The notes under the pieces: generated by a model
Seen by the model: the letters and a program-made list of their open reading frames with translations, nothing else
Databases searched by the model: none
Told to the model about the DNA's origin: nothing
Translations under genes and position numbers: made by a program
Assembly (NCBI GenBank): GCA_963662275.1
Contig: OY759316.1
Coordinates: 2,848,001 to 2,912,000 of the forward strand
Source: Candidatus Cloacimonadales bacterium
GTDB taxonomy: Bacteria > Cloacimonadota > Cloacimonadia > Cloacimonadales > DAONDQ01
Direction: 5' to 3'
Length of the DNA: 64,000 nucleotides
Part shown: positions 39,168 to 50,400 of the stretch, one piece after another
Position numbering within the stretch: position 1 is the first letter of the stretch
How the letters are laid out: each line of letters opens with the position of its first letter

Positions 39168-41420
39168 TTACATTTTTTGAATACCAAGCTTTTTAATCCT
39201 GCGACATAGGGTGCTTTCTGTCATCTTCAATAACCGGGCAGCATCTTTTTGGATCCAACCACACTGATCAAGAGCATTGATGATGATATCGCTTTGCTGT
39301 TGATTGATATGGACAGTAAAAGAAACATCAGAAGACTTATGAGGAGTACAAGACGGTATCAGTCCTTCAACAAGGGTAGCAGTCCATACAGCTTGGGGTT
39401 TGAGAATAAATATACGTTCAATAATGTTCATAAGTTCGCGCACGTTACCCGGAAAAGAATACCGACGCAGGCAATCATAAAACTCTTCACTTAGCTTTGG
39501 TAGTGGTAAACCAAGTTCTTTGGAAAAGCGTTTAACAAAGTGCTCGCAAAGCAGTTCCAAATCGCTGAGTCGTTCCCGAAGAGGAGGAAGATATATTTCA
39601 ACTTTATTTATTCGATGGTACAAGTCCAATCGAAACTTATTTTCGCGTATCAAGTCAGACATCTTACTGTTGGTTGCACAAATTATTCTGCACCTGACGG
39701 TAATTTCCTTATCACTGCCAACCGGAGTTATACTCTGATTCTCTATAGCCCGCAGCAGTTTTGCCTGGCATTCAATCGGCATCTCAGAAATCTCATCCAA
39801 AAACAAAGTACCGTTGTTTGCGAGCAGGAATTTACCTTTTTGTTCATTTGTTGCTCCTGTGAAAGCCCCTTTTACGTGTCCAAATAGCTCGCTTTCGATC
39901 AGAGTTTGAGTAATAGCAGAAGTATTTAAAGCTACCAAAGGTTTTTTTTCCTGACTTGTATTGTGGATAATTCTGGCTATGATTTCCTTGCCAGTTCCTG
40001 ATTCACCAGAGATTAAAACATTTACAAAAGGGTGTTGTGCTGCCAATAAAGAATCGACAAGTGCTTTCTTTATGGCAGGATGCTCTCCGACCATTTCGGG
40101 ATGAAAGCTAGAGCTGGATACAAGCTCAAGGTCATGGCAGCGATGCTTCATCTTCAGGAATTCATTACGGAGTTCTTCTATGCGTTTACTATATTTCTTT
40201 GCTTGTTTATTAAAATTGTCATTGAAATATCTGCTGCTTACCTGATCAAGCTCTTCCATGCTATTGAATGCCGATTGATAATCCTCTTTGGCTTCGTTAA
40301 GTCGTGCTTCACAGAGATAACAATTCTGAAGGAAATTGTATTGCTTGCTGGTGCTAAAAAATTTAATAGCTTCCGTGATAAGTGCTTCTGCTTTTTCGTA
40401 TTCTTTCATTTCAATCAGGACATCTGCCAGATTGACATGCAGTATATATCTATCTTGTTCGTTCCCGACGGCTATTGCTTTTTCTATCAGATGATAATGA
40501 AGTTGTTTCGATTGTTCCAATTCACCGCATGATGCCAGGGCATTGGCTTTATTACACATCACTTTTGCCATCAGCTTCGGATGCAGGCTTTCTTCATTAA
40601 TCATCAACGCTATAGACTTGTCATACATGGCAATGCCCGTCAGGATATCACCATACCTTGTCAAACCTATTCCCAAATTGATATAGATTTGGGTAAGCAA
40701 CGCTGTATAACCTTTCGCCTGAGCAATTTCAATGGCTTGTTCAAGAGCTGCTTTTGCTTGCTGGTATTGCTTGACCACCATCAGAATAACTCCCTGTTGA
40801 TTCAGCATCTGAGCGTATTTATTGGGAGACCGGCTCTGATCAATGAATTCCTGGATAAGCATTAATTCACGATTTGCCATATCCGGCAAATTATGCATAT
40901 GATAGATTTGAATATAAGCAATATACACATCCAGCATCAATTCTATGTAATTACATTCGCTTGCTGCCTGCATCGCTTCCTGAAGCATATCTTCACTTTG
41001 TGTGATCTCCCGATCAGACATCCCGGATAGACATTTAGCAACAAGCACCATACATGCCAAGGATGGAACACGATGCAGTTGCCAATGCTTTTCTGCAGCT
41101 TCAAGCGCTTTACCGGCTCTTTCCTTGCCAGTATCTGAATAGGATGAGATTTGATATTGCAATAGGTTGTAACGGCATAGGCAGAAGTGATTCATTGACT
41201 TATCGAGTTCAGGCTTGATCTGGTCCAGTGTTTCCTGAGCTTTCTTGTATTGTCCCAAGGCTAAATATGCAGTAACCAAATTTAAAGAAATGACAACTCT
41301 TGGCAATTGCATGTTGTTTTTTGTATGAGGTAATGATGAAATAAACTCACGTGGTGAGTTTATTGCCTGAGATTCCATCTCAAAAAACTTGTCTTCAGTA
41401 AAGTTATAGCCCATATTCAA
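39168..41420 (-). CDS. Sigma54-dependent enhancer-binding protein with N-terminal TPR sensor and Fis-type HTH
   Basis: [53 protein letters not shown]-like helices over roughly the first 400 aa. Confidence 0.92.
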   Translation of the reverse strand: MNMGYNFTEDKFFEMESQAINSPREFISSLPHTKNNMQLPRVVISLNLVTAYLALGQYKKAQETLDQIKPELDKSMNHFCLCRYNLLQYQISSYSDTGKERAGKALEAAEKHWQLHRVPSLACMVLVAKCLSGMSDREITQSEDMLQEAMQAASECNYIELMLDVYIAYIQIYHMHNLPDMANRELMLIQEFIDQSRSPNKYAQMLNQQGVILMVVKQYQQAKAALEQAIEIAQAKGYTALLTQIYINLGIGLTRYGDILTGIAMYDKSIALMINEESLHPKLMAKVMCNKANALASCGELEQSKQLHYHLIEKAIAVGNEQDRYILHVNLADVLIEMKEYEKAEALITEAIKFFSTSKQYNFLQNCYLCEARLNEAKEDYQSAFNSMEELDQVSSRYFNDNFNKQAKKYSKRIEELRNEFLKMKHRCHDLELVSSSSFHPEMVGEHPAIKKALVDSLLAAQHPFVNVLISGESGTGKEIIARIIHNTSQEKKPLVALNTSAITQTLIESELFGHVKGAFTGATNEQKGKFLLANNGTLFLDEISEMPIECQAKLLRAIENQSITPVGSDKEITVRCRIICATNSKMSDLIRENKFRLDLYHRINKVEIYLPPLRERLSDLELLCEHFVKRFSKELGLPLPKLSEEFYDCLRRYSFPGNVRELMNIIERIFILKPQAVWTATLVEGLIPSCTPHKSSDVSFTVHINQQQSDIIINALDQCGWIQKDAARLLKMTESTLCRRIKKLGIQKM

Positions 41421-41606
41421 AATATCTCTTCGTTTATTTTTTTCTAAATATATTGCTTTTTACAACCATCTTTGTCAAGATATTTTACCATCCATCATGT
41501 ACACCCACATTCAATTATGCAAAGTTATCTTCTAGATGCTCTGTAGGAGCGAAATCCATTAAAATTCTCGCCAAGAAAATACACAAGTCTAGAGGAGAAG
41601 AGTAGA

Positions 41607-41657
41607 ATCAAACTCTCCGACACTGAAGTGCCACCTCCCTTCATCTTAAGGGAGGAA
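41607..41657 (+). repeat. REP-like palindromic repeat, copy 2, abutting the IS left end
   Basis: atcaaactctccgac...cacctcccttcatcttaagggaggaa. Confidence 0.8.
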
Positions 41658-43520
41658 GAGACTGTTCAGGCAGTTATTCATAAGATACAACAATTTAGGA
41701 AGTATCAAGTTGAAAAAAGTGGTCGAAACGGTCATAATTTAACATACCTTCCAGAATTGACAGATAAGCTCTGCTAAGGACACCAAATCACAAGTTAAGC
41801 TTTTTGACTAAAAATATCAAACACGCGAGTATAAGTAATTTCTCGAAGTCGTTTCTGACTATAAGTGTATCTAAAATCATATAAAATAGTTCTTTACATG
41901 TTTATTGCTATAGCTTCAATGGCATTTGTTACCTGGTAACAAAAGGGAGGATATTATGACAAAAAAACACTCCAATTCAAGAAGCTGTAAGTGTCAGTCA
42001 TGAAAGTAACCAATACTATGTAAGTATTAACGTACCATGTTCATTTTGTTTGCCTGAAACGACATCCAACCACAAGTTCTTAATAGCGTTTCTACGCTTA
42101 TTAGTAGGAATAGGCGGAGACAACCTCCTTACACTTCAGCAAATAGCTGATCTGTTTAACTACGCAGACCGCAGGAATGTACATAATTTCTGGCAAGAGT
42201 TTGAGCAGCATGGTCATGATATCCTGGCATATTTAAGCCGGAAAGTTGACCTGCTGGAGTGTATTCCTCAGATCGAGAATTTTGTTATCAATAACCTGCT
42301 TTTACCTTTAAATGTCATGTATCAGGAGTTCATCAGCCATCATGATTTTAAAATGTCCTATACCACTTTCTGCAAATATGCTTCTCAGGTCAATTCTCTG
42401 TCTGTAGTTAAGCAAGCTCAGAAGCTTCTTCTGAAAAAGACAGTAGGCGGTGATGCTGTACATCTGCTGAAACTGCTTGCCGGTCAGCAGAATACACCTG
42501 TTATCTGTGACAGACTCCTGGAACAAATGAAGACTGCTAAAGGCAATACATCCCATAGAACCGCCGATGCAAAGCCGTTCCATAGTCTGGAACGCAAGAA
42601 CCTGTGTCTGCTGGTACATTACCTGGTTGGAAGCGGTATGAACTTCGAGACGATAGCTTTGCTGCTCAACACCTGTAAAGCTACAGTCTCAAATCTCTGG
42701 CATGAAATCGCTGACCTGCAGAGCCTGATTCTGAACTCAATCGGTAAGTGGAGCGGAAAGATCAGCATTGATGAGAAATATGTGAAGATCAAAGGTATTC
42801 CGTACTATGTCATCAGTATTGTTGATTTTGTGACTCACATCCCTCTGTTTTGTGAGTTGTATCCTGACACAAAGAAAGAATCATTCGAAGCATGTTTCAG
42901 AACCTTCAGACAGCTCTACAGGAAAGATCCAACCCTGATTGTCAGTGATGGCAGTAAATCGTTAGCAGTTGCAAGAAAAACAGTGTTTCCAAAAGTCCAT
43001 TACCAACTCTGTAAGTTCCATAAGATACGAAATCTCTTCAAAAGAATCAGTCAATGTCATCTCCCTGAAGACAGGGACAAGTTCTTTAAGAAGAGGATTA
43101 TGAAAGCTTTCCGAAGAGAAACGGCGGGCGGAAGGAAAAAGGGTATCGCAAGCCTGACAGCTATTACTCCCCCAACCGCCGCCGAATACATCAAAAGCAA
43201 TATCATTAGTGATTGGAGACACCTCAGCAAAGGTTTGACTTCCAATGTCTCTGAACGCTGGAACCGCAAAATCAAGAAGGTGACATCCGGTAGATTTGGA
43301 CTAAAATCTGAAGAAACCACCCGCAACCTTGTGTTTTCGCTTTGGTTCAAAGAACTGGTCGATAAAGGTCAACCAATCATGCGTCAGGAATCACTTTTAG
43401 CAAGTTTAAATATCTCCCGCATATGTCAAGAAAATGTGGATTGGTCGCACTTAGACCACTTTTTCTCTGTCACTACCAATAAGGCTGCGTAAAATGGAGG
43501 TTAATTTTGAACAGTCTCTT
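41656..43520 (+). mobile_element. IS256/Mutator-like insertion sequence
   Basis: Perfect 13-bp terminal inverted repeat AAGAGACTGTTCA (41656-68) / TGAACAGTCTCTT (43508-20) enclosing a DDE transposase; no target duplication seen. Confidence 0.75.
42050..43492 (+). CDS. DDE transposase with Mutator-type CxxH motif; true start probably ATG 41956, out of frame by one base
   Basis: SIDEKY, IVSDG, QLCKFHK, TSNVSERWN; reading frame open back to 41960. Confidence 0.85.
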   Translation: MPETTSNHKFLIAFLRLLVGIGGDNLLTLQQIADLFNYADRRNVHNFWQEFEQHGHDILAYLSRKVDLLECIPQIENFVINNLLLPLNVMYQEFISHHDFKMSYTTFCKYASQVNSLSVVKQAQKLLLKKTVGGDAVHLLKLLAGQQNTPVICDRLLEQMKTAKGNTSHRTADAKPFHSLERKNLCLLVHYLVGSGMNFETIALLLNTCKATVSNLWHEIADLQSLILNSIGKWSGKISIDEKYVKIKGIPYYVISIVDFVTHIPLFCELYPDTKKESFEACFRTFRQLYRKDPTLIVSDGSKSLAVARKTVFPKVHYQLCKFHKIRNLFKRISQCHLPEDRDKFFKKRIMKAFRRETAGGRKKGIASLTAITPPTAAEYIKSNIISDWRHLSKGLTSNVSERWNRKIKKVTSGRFGLKSEETTRNLVFSLWFKELVDKGQPIMRQESLLASLNISRICQENVDWSHLDHFFSVTTNKAA

Positions 43521-43774
43521 AAAAAGGCATTGCGCTCTTTGAAATATTAATCTTGACACAATGTTGAAACAAATCCATTTGAGATGTAGAGAGCAAATAT
43601 ACATAACTGAAGAATCTTTTGGTTTGAGAGAAAATCAAAAAAGGAACTTTATGAAAACTACGATTTGTAGTTATTGTGTTTTATTGTATTTGCTTTTCAT
43701 CATATTGAATTGCATTATACTTATTTTCTCAAATTTACAGTTCATCCTTCATTTATCACATATTAGGAGCATAT

Positions 43775-45421
43775 ATGCGTAACTATTCTTCTGCCCTTCT
43801 TGCCTTCCTGTTTTTCTGCTCAATTCTCACTGCCCAGAACCACATGGATATTATGACCACTATGACAGGGGAACATGATCATTCTTCGATGGGCAGACTC
43901 ATGACTACTCTCGACTGGAATGGAGATGGCAATGATGATTTAATTATAACTTCACCTAATTGGGATCCCAGAGGTTATACACCTTCTTATCCACCATACC
44001 CATATGGTAAACTATACATTTATTTTGGCGGTCCCAATTTTGATAATGTTCCGGAAATGGAAATCACCGGTCACCATGAGATAGAATATGGACTTTCATA
44101 CTCCATGTGCAATGCGGGCGATATGAATGGTGATGGGATAGATGACCTGGCTTTGTTTAGGGCGACGATGTATGAAGAGAATATTGAGCAGTTCTATGAC
44201 TTGCAGCTCTGCGTCTTTTACGGCGGTGCGAATCCCGATACTGTCCCCGATTATGTGCTCACTTTCCCGAGGGAGGAATGGGATAATACCTTTTGTCACG
44301 TTCGTGGTTTAGGTGATATCAATCACGATGGTTATAATGATATTGGATACATTATAGGTAAAAATTATCCTATTGCTTCTTACACATTTGGAATCGTAAA
44401 CGGTGATAGTATGATTGGTACAGCTTTTATAGAAGCTGGTACAACACTGGATTGGGCTGATATTTGCGGAGTGGGTGATGTCAATGCAGATGGTGTTGAT
44501 GATTTTTGCCTGGGTTATAAATATAAAATAAACAATGTAAGATATTCCAAAGTAATTCTATATTATGGGAATCCATCTGACGTTTATAGTGACAGTCTTG
44601 TGATTTGTGATGGTTCAAATTTCAGAATTCCTTTCGCTTATCCCGCAGGTGATATAAATGGCGATGGTTATTCAGACTTTGTCAGCTCATTTACTATGAC
44701 AGAAGCTAAAATATATTTCGGAGGACCTGGTTTTAACGGAACCAATTGTGTAAACATTGCTCCTCCCTATAATGGAGGCAATTGGGAAAATGGCTTTGAT
44801 CACGGCGATGTGAATGGTAATGGCACAGATGATCTGATGGGCACCAATGTTACCCAGTTTAGCGGTTATGGAGACGCCTACCTGTGGATAGGAGGCATTC
44901 CTATGAACGGAGGTCCCGATCTGCATTTGACACCACCATATCTTGATGTGGAAACTGACATGTATGGCTTCTGCCTGACCATGGGCGATTATAACGGTGA
45001 CGGCTGCTGCGATGCTGCCATTTCGGCACCGTTTGATTATGCAGCTTTTCCTACACCTGGTCGTGTATTTGTCTATGCCGGAAACACGCAACTGGATGAT
45101 CCAACCCCCAATGCTGATGAAACAAATACTCCCGCTATCTCCAAACTGCAGTTGTACCCCAATCCGCTGCAGTCTTGGAATTCTGAACTTAATGTCAGAT
45201 TCACTGTTGACCCCCCTACCCCCCTTCCCAAGGGGGGAGCTTCTACCTTCGAAATCTATAATATCCGGGGACAGAAAGTCAAGTCGTTTACTATGAATGC
45301 AGAGCAAGCCAAATCCGGTTCTGCAACTTACAATTTAAATGATCTTTCATCAGGGGTTTATGTGTGTGTATTCACCAGCGGTGAAGCACAGCAGAAAAAG
45401 AAGATGACGGTGATTCGGTAG
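43775..45421 (+). CDS. Secreted FG-GAP/integrin-alpha-like beta-propeller protein with C-terminal sorting domain
   Basis: Seven D.NGDG.DD-type Ca-binding repeats; LYPNP...IYNIRGQKV...SGVY. Confidence 0.9.
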   Translation: MRNYSSALLAFLFFCSILTAQNHMDIMTTMTGEHDHSSMGRLMTTLDWNGDGNDDLIITSPNWDPRGYTPSYPPYPYGKLYIYFGGPNFDNVPEMEITGHHEIEYGLSYSMCNAGDMNGDGIDDLALFRATMYEENIEQFYDLQLCVFYGGANPDTVPDYVLTFPREEWDNTFCHVRGLGDINHDGYNDIGYIIGKNYPIASYTFGIVNGDSMIGTAFIEAGTTLDWADICGVGDVNADGVDDFCLGYKYKINNVRYSKVILYYGNPSDVYSDSLVICDGSNFRIPFAYPAGDINGDGYSDFVSSFTMTEAKIYFGGPGFNGTNCVNIAPPYNGGNWENGFDHGDVNGNGTDDLMGTNVTQFSGYGDAYLWIGGIPMNGGPDLHLTPPYLDVETDMYGFCLTMGDYNGDGCCDAAISAPFDYAAFPTPGRVFVYAGNTQLDDPTPNADETNTPAISKLQLYPNPLQSWNSELNVRFTVDPPTPLPKGGASTFEIYNIRGQKVKSFTMNAEQAKSGSATYNLNDLSSGVYVCVFTSGEAQQKKKMTVIR

Positions 45422-45510
45422 CTGCCAAACTGCATAGCCGTTTGAAAACAGCGTTCCGAAAAGCAAGGTGAACCATGCTGCCACGATTCCTGAAGTAATC
45501 ACCACAGGTG
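45421..45510 (+). repeat. Duplicated 3' flank containing the GCATAGCCGTTTGAAAACAGCGTTCC repeat core; second copy at 47295-47384
   Basis: About 90 nt nearly identical after both FG-GAP genes; the core also occurs at 15489-15514, 35073-35108 and, degenerate, at 37325-37403. Confidence 0.9.
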
Positions 45511-45636
45511 CAACGCTGATTGTTTATCTAATAAAAAATAATTTGTATTACTTGCATATTAGAGTATTATACAAATATGTCCTTAATAAGATTCATTATA
45601 AGTTACTCTATTAATTTAAATTGATATGGAGAATTT

Positions 45637-47295
45637 ATGACTAAACATATTCTATTTTTTCTCGCTTTACTTCTTTTCACAGGAATTCTCTCTGCCCAAA
45701 ACCACATGGATATTATGACCACCATGACAGGGGAATTTGATTTTGCAGAAATGGGTTGGATCATGACCACACTCGACTGGAATGGTGATAATTATGATGA
45801 TCTTGTTATTATGGAAAGTGGTTGGCGACCACCTGAACATGTTGGAGACCCAACAGTAAAATCATATGGAAAACTGAATTTCTATTTGGGAGGACCAGAC
45901 TTTGATAATATACCTGAAATAACATTGCCCGGCAGTTATGAACGTGAGTATTGGGCAACCTATTCCATGTGCAATGCGGGCGATATGAATGGTGATGGGA
46001 TAGATGACCTGGCATTGTTTAGGGCAACGATGTATGAAGAGAATATAGATCAGTACTATGACTTGCAGCTCTGCGTCTTTTACGGCGGTGCGAATCCCGA
46101 TACTATCCCCGATTATGTGCTCACTTTCCCGAGGGAGGAATGGGATAATACCTTTTGTCACGTTCGTGGTTTAGGTGATATCAATCACGATGGTTTCGCG
46201 GATATCGGATATATTTCGCTAAGACATGGTTATCCATATCAGATCCAGATTGGTATTACCTATGGTGGAGGTATGTTAAATACAGTATTTGATGAAATTA
46301 GTAATGTCCAGGATAACGCTGATATCTGCGGAATAAGTGATGTCAATGCAGATGGTATAGATGACTTTTATCTCGGATATGGATATGGTTCAAACAGTAA
46401 TCCAACTCATAGGATTGTTCTTTATTATGGCAATTTATCAGGAATATATAGCGATAGTTTAGTGATCGCAGATGATTCAAATCTGAGGAATTCTTTCGCC
46501 TATCCAGCAGGTGACGTAAATGGCGATGGTTATGCAGATATTGTGACCGCATTTAGAGGTTCGAATGCCATACTAGTTTTTGGGGGACCTGGTTTTAATG
46601 GAACAAACTATGTGAATATATCACCACCTTATAACGGAGATGCTGGTGGTGAGGGTTTTGGTCATGGTGATGTGAATGGTAATGGCACAGATGATCTGAT
46701 GGGCACAAATGTTACCCAGTTTAGCGGTTATGGAGACGCCTACCTGTGGATAGGAGGCATTCCTATGAACGGAGGTCCTGATCTGCATTTGACACCACCT
46801 GATCTGCCTTGGCCATTGGAAGTTGATTTGGAGATGTTTGGTTTCTGCCTGACTATGGGCGATTACAATGGCGATGGCTGTTGCGATGCTGCCATTTCGG
46901 CACCTTTTGATTATGCTGGTTTTGCAACTCCTGGACTGGTATTTGTCTATGCCGGAAACACGCAACTGGATGACCCAACCCCCATCTCTGATTATACAAA
47001 TACTCCAGCAATCTCTAAACTGCAGTTGTACCCCAATCCGCTGCAGTCTTGGAATTCTGAACTTAATGTCAGATTTACGGTTACCCCCCCTACCCCCCTT
47101 CCCAAGGGGGGAGCTTCTACCTTTGAAATTTATAATATCAGGGGACAGAAAGTCAAGTCGTTTACTATGAACGCAGAACAAGCCAAATCAGGTTCTGCAA
47201 CTTACAATTTAAATGATCTTTCATCAGGGGTTTATGTGTGTGTTTTCACAAGCGGTGAAGCACAGCAGAAACAGAAGATTACGGTGATTCGGTAG
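45637..47295 (+). CDS. Tandem paralog FG-GAP beta-propeller protein with C-terminal sorting domain
   Basis: Same architecture as 43775..45421, with near-identical DNA blocks. Confidence 0.9.
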   Translation: MTKHILFFLALLLFTGILSAQNHMDIMTTMTGEFDFAEMGWIMTTLDWNGDNYDDLVIMESGWRPPEHVGDPTVKSYGKLNFYLGGPDFDNIPEITLPGSYEREYWATYSMCNAGDMNGDGIDDLALFRATMYEENIDQYYDLQLCVFYGGANPDTIPDYVLTFPREEWDNTFCHVRGLGDINHDGFADIGYISLRHGYPYQIQIGITYGGGMLNTVFDEISNVQDNADICGISDVNADGIDDFYLGYGYGSNSNPTHRIVLYYGNLSGIYSDSLVIADDSNLRNSFAYPAGDVNGDGYADIVTAFRGSNAILVFGGPGFNGTNYVNISPPYNGDAGGEGFGHGDVNGNGTDDLMGTNVTQFSGYGDAYLWIGGIPMNGGPDLHLTPPDLPWPLEVDLEMFGFCLTMGDYNGDGCCDAAISAPFDYAGFATPGLVFVYAGNTQLDDPTPISDYTNTPAISKLQLYPNPLQSWNSELNVRFTVTPPTPLPKGGASTFEIYNIRGQKVKSFTMNAEQAKSGSATYNLNDLSSGVYVCVFTSGEAQQKQKITVIR

Positions 47296-47404
47296 CAGCC
47301 AAATTGCATAGCCGTTTGAAAACAGCGTTCCGAAAAGCAAGGTGAACCATGCTGCCACGATTCCTTAAGTAATCACCACAGGTGCTGCGTTCTAAGGAGG
47401 ACAC

Positions 47405-50400
47405 GTGAAAAAGCTACTTATATTTTTGTTAGTTTGTCTTTGTTTGTCTATTTCTATATATGCCCAGAATACCTATGACTTCATCATTGGTGCCGATGCT
47501 ATAGTGAATGGACCTTATGGCTTAGATGTACTGCCGATAATCAAGGATGCTAATTATAATTGCTTAGAAGCTGTTAATTTTAACCATAATGATTTTCCAG
47601 CTATATATAACGCTCTCATGAAAAATGGTTTCAAAGCTAATGTGAATGACCGATTGGATTATGACTTAAATGGAGGCAGAGGCATCGAATTCCTCACCAG
47701 CAGTAATTATTTCCGGTTTGAATCGGAATATAGTACTGTGAATACGGAAGTGAACCTGGGTGATTTGAATGCAGATACTCTTTTTTATCGCTTTCAAAGA
47801 GATGCTGGGCATGTGGGTTTATTTGATCAAAATGTATCAAATAAACGATCCTGGGTTTGTGATTATAATCCAGTCAACGATAGCACCTGGAAGGTCATCT
47901 CCGGTGACATGTACTGGCGCTGGTATTCACCGCCTGATACGCATGACTTTGATTGCGTCTCGCATATCTGTAAATTCAGCAAGGATTGGAACGGTAATAA
48001 TAACGATTACATACAGCAGCAATATCTTAATGACGATAGTCTGTACATCAGTATTGCCCTGAATTGGACGTCCTTGCCGGATACTTCTTCTCATTATAAT
48101 GATGAATTAATTCAGATCGATTTCTTTGGTTATAATTACAGAGCACCTGATGTGAATGATGCGGATGCGGACACCTTACATAATATCAACTTCCAGGGAT
48201 TTCATGGTAAATATTCTACGACTCTCAAGATCTCGGACTGGCGGTTTGGAACACAGATACTCAATACTGATTTCCGAACCTTCACTTATGGCATCAGTTT
48301 AGCAGAACTTGACAAGCCAATACAAAATTCACCAGTCACTTTACTGGGAGGCAGATATGCTTTAGATTATCTGGTTCCTATCATTAAGTGGAATCAGAAT
48401 CATACAGTATCACTGGACTATATAGAATACGAGGATAACATCCATCGCAAGATGCGGGATCAAAACATACTTGATGCATGGATTGCTGAAAGATTAGAAG
48501 ATCAGTATTCTAGTTACCCGCAAACCAGCATCTTATCCTATATGGGTGTGAATGAGGCATATTACGGCAATTTTGATTCGTGCAAGCGTGTAAATGACTA
48601 TCTCATACATTCAGCATCTCCAGCAGCCCATCCATTGGTTACCAATTATATTCCGGGGTATAATGGGCTGTTTGAGAGAAAAAAAGCCAATGGTAAAAGC
48701 TTCTCCTTAACGAAAGTCTTCAACACTAAAGCAAAACCGTCGATTCAGAAATTTCATTATTATCCCATTCGATATAATACCAGTTTTAATGATACGACCA
48801 GCAGCACTTTTATCCAAAAGAATTTAGATACCATGCTGGAGAAATATCAGTTTGCCAAGGAAACGGGTTTACCATTCTATCCGGTAGTCCAGACTTATGG
48901 GGATTGGGACATTAATGATCAACAATGGTGGGGAGCTATGTATCCGGATTCAACATCACAAAAATGTCTGCAATATTTGCCTTTATGCTACGGACCTTCA
49001 GGTATCCTCAATTATACCGTTTATAAAGGTGATAATAAGGAACCGGCACTGATTAATCCAGATGGTTCACTAGCGCCTAATTACAATATAATCAAGGCAG
49101 CAAATAAGAAAATTGAAGTCTATGGACCTTATGTTAAGCAAAATGGAGCCTGGTATGGGTCTGAATGTATAAAGACACCATTAACATCCTACCCTGATTT
49201 TTCTATTGCAGGTCACCCTGGTCAGCGGTTAATGGATATCAGCTTGCCTTTTCCAGACTCTACAAATAATGATATATATGATGGTTATATTCAATGCGGT
49301 TACTATCATACTGGTCAGGATAATTATTATATGCTGGTTAATCGGAGAACATCTCGGGTCTTCAATAGTGCAATTCCTTTAACAACCGCTTATACAGATT
49401 ACGAAAACACCTATGCTCCGTATGGTCCGCAGACTGTCAGGTTTTCACTTCTCCAGAATGCACGCAATCTGTATGGTTCTAATCCGGGATTATATGATCC
49501 CTATTCTCACGATCTCCGGATGCTTACAAATGATTATATTGATATAACATTGCAGCCAGGAGATGCAAGCCTTTGGCAGCTTGTAAGTGTCTTGCCACCA
49601 AGTATAAACACAAATTACACAGCAACTCGTGATGTTTGCATGCAGGGAGATTTGCATATTAACGATGGTGTGAGCGTTACCATCCCGGCAGGGAAAACCT
49701 TAAATATCCTGGAAAGTGGAAGAATTTATGTTACTGATTGTTCATCTCTCAATATAGAGGGTAACCTCACGGCAAATGCCTTTAGTAAAATCTATGTGTC
49801 CCAGGGAAGTTCATTACATATCAGCAATGCCACTTGTAACATGGGTGATTCCACATTGATCAAAATAAGCGATGGTAATTTAGTAATGTCACATTCCACT
49901 TTTCAAACAAAAAATGGGACTATCTGGTACGGTTTTAATTGCCTGCGAAGTACAATCACTGTTGCTGATTGTGACGCTTATAATGCTAAAACAGCAATTG
50001 AACTGAATGCTACGAGTTTCAACATGGTGAACAGTAAACTATATGTTCCCGCATATGGAACAGGAATCTGCATTACTGCTCGTAATTCAACAGATGCTGT
50101 GAATCTTATCGGTTTTGAGGATAATACAAATCTCATAAAATGCATTGCAACGCCAAACACTCATTCAACTGGAATCTCAATGAAAAGCCGAGAAAATCCA
50201 CTTAGCTGTAATTGGTCAATCTTCGAGAATCTGGCAACAGGAATTGATTATTCTTTGTCTGTTGATAAAGCAGATTCTGTATCCAATTGCACATTTAATG
50301 GTTGTAATACAGGAATTTGCGTAACCGGTAGCGAAGGTTTAGAAAAAATAAGAGAATGCAAATTTACGATTCAAATTTCTCAAAAGGGAATAGACACAAG

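Noticed and set aside
41956..41970. Classical -1 programmed ribosomal frameshift in the Mutator-like IS
   Set aside because: The frame relationship requires +1, so the standard -1 mechanism does not fit.
43561..43782. 73-aa ORF between the IS and the first FG-GAP gene
   Set aside because: AT-rich low-complexity sequence with no Shine-Dalgarno or motif; probably promoter DNA.
45421..47384. Integron attC sites after the FG-GAP genes
   Set aside because: No RYYYAAC/GTTRRRY core pair seen and no integron integrase; better explained as a duplicated flank containing a dispersed repeat.
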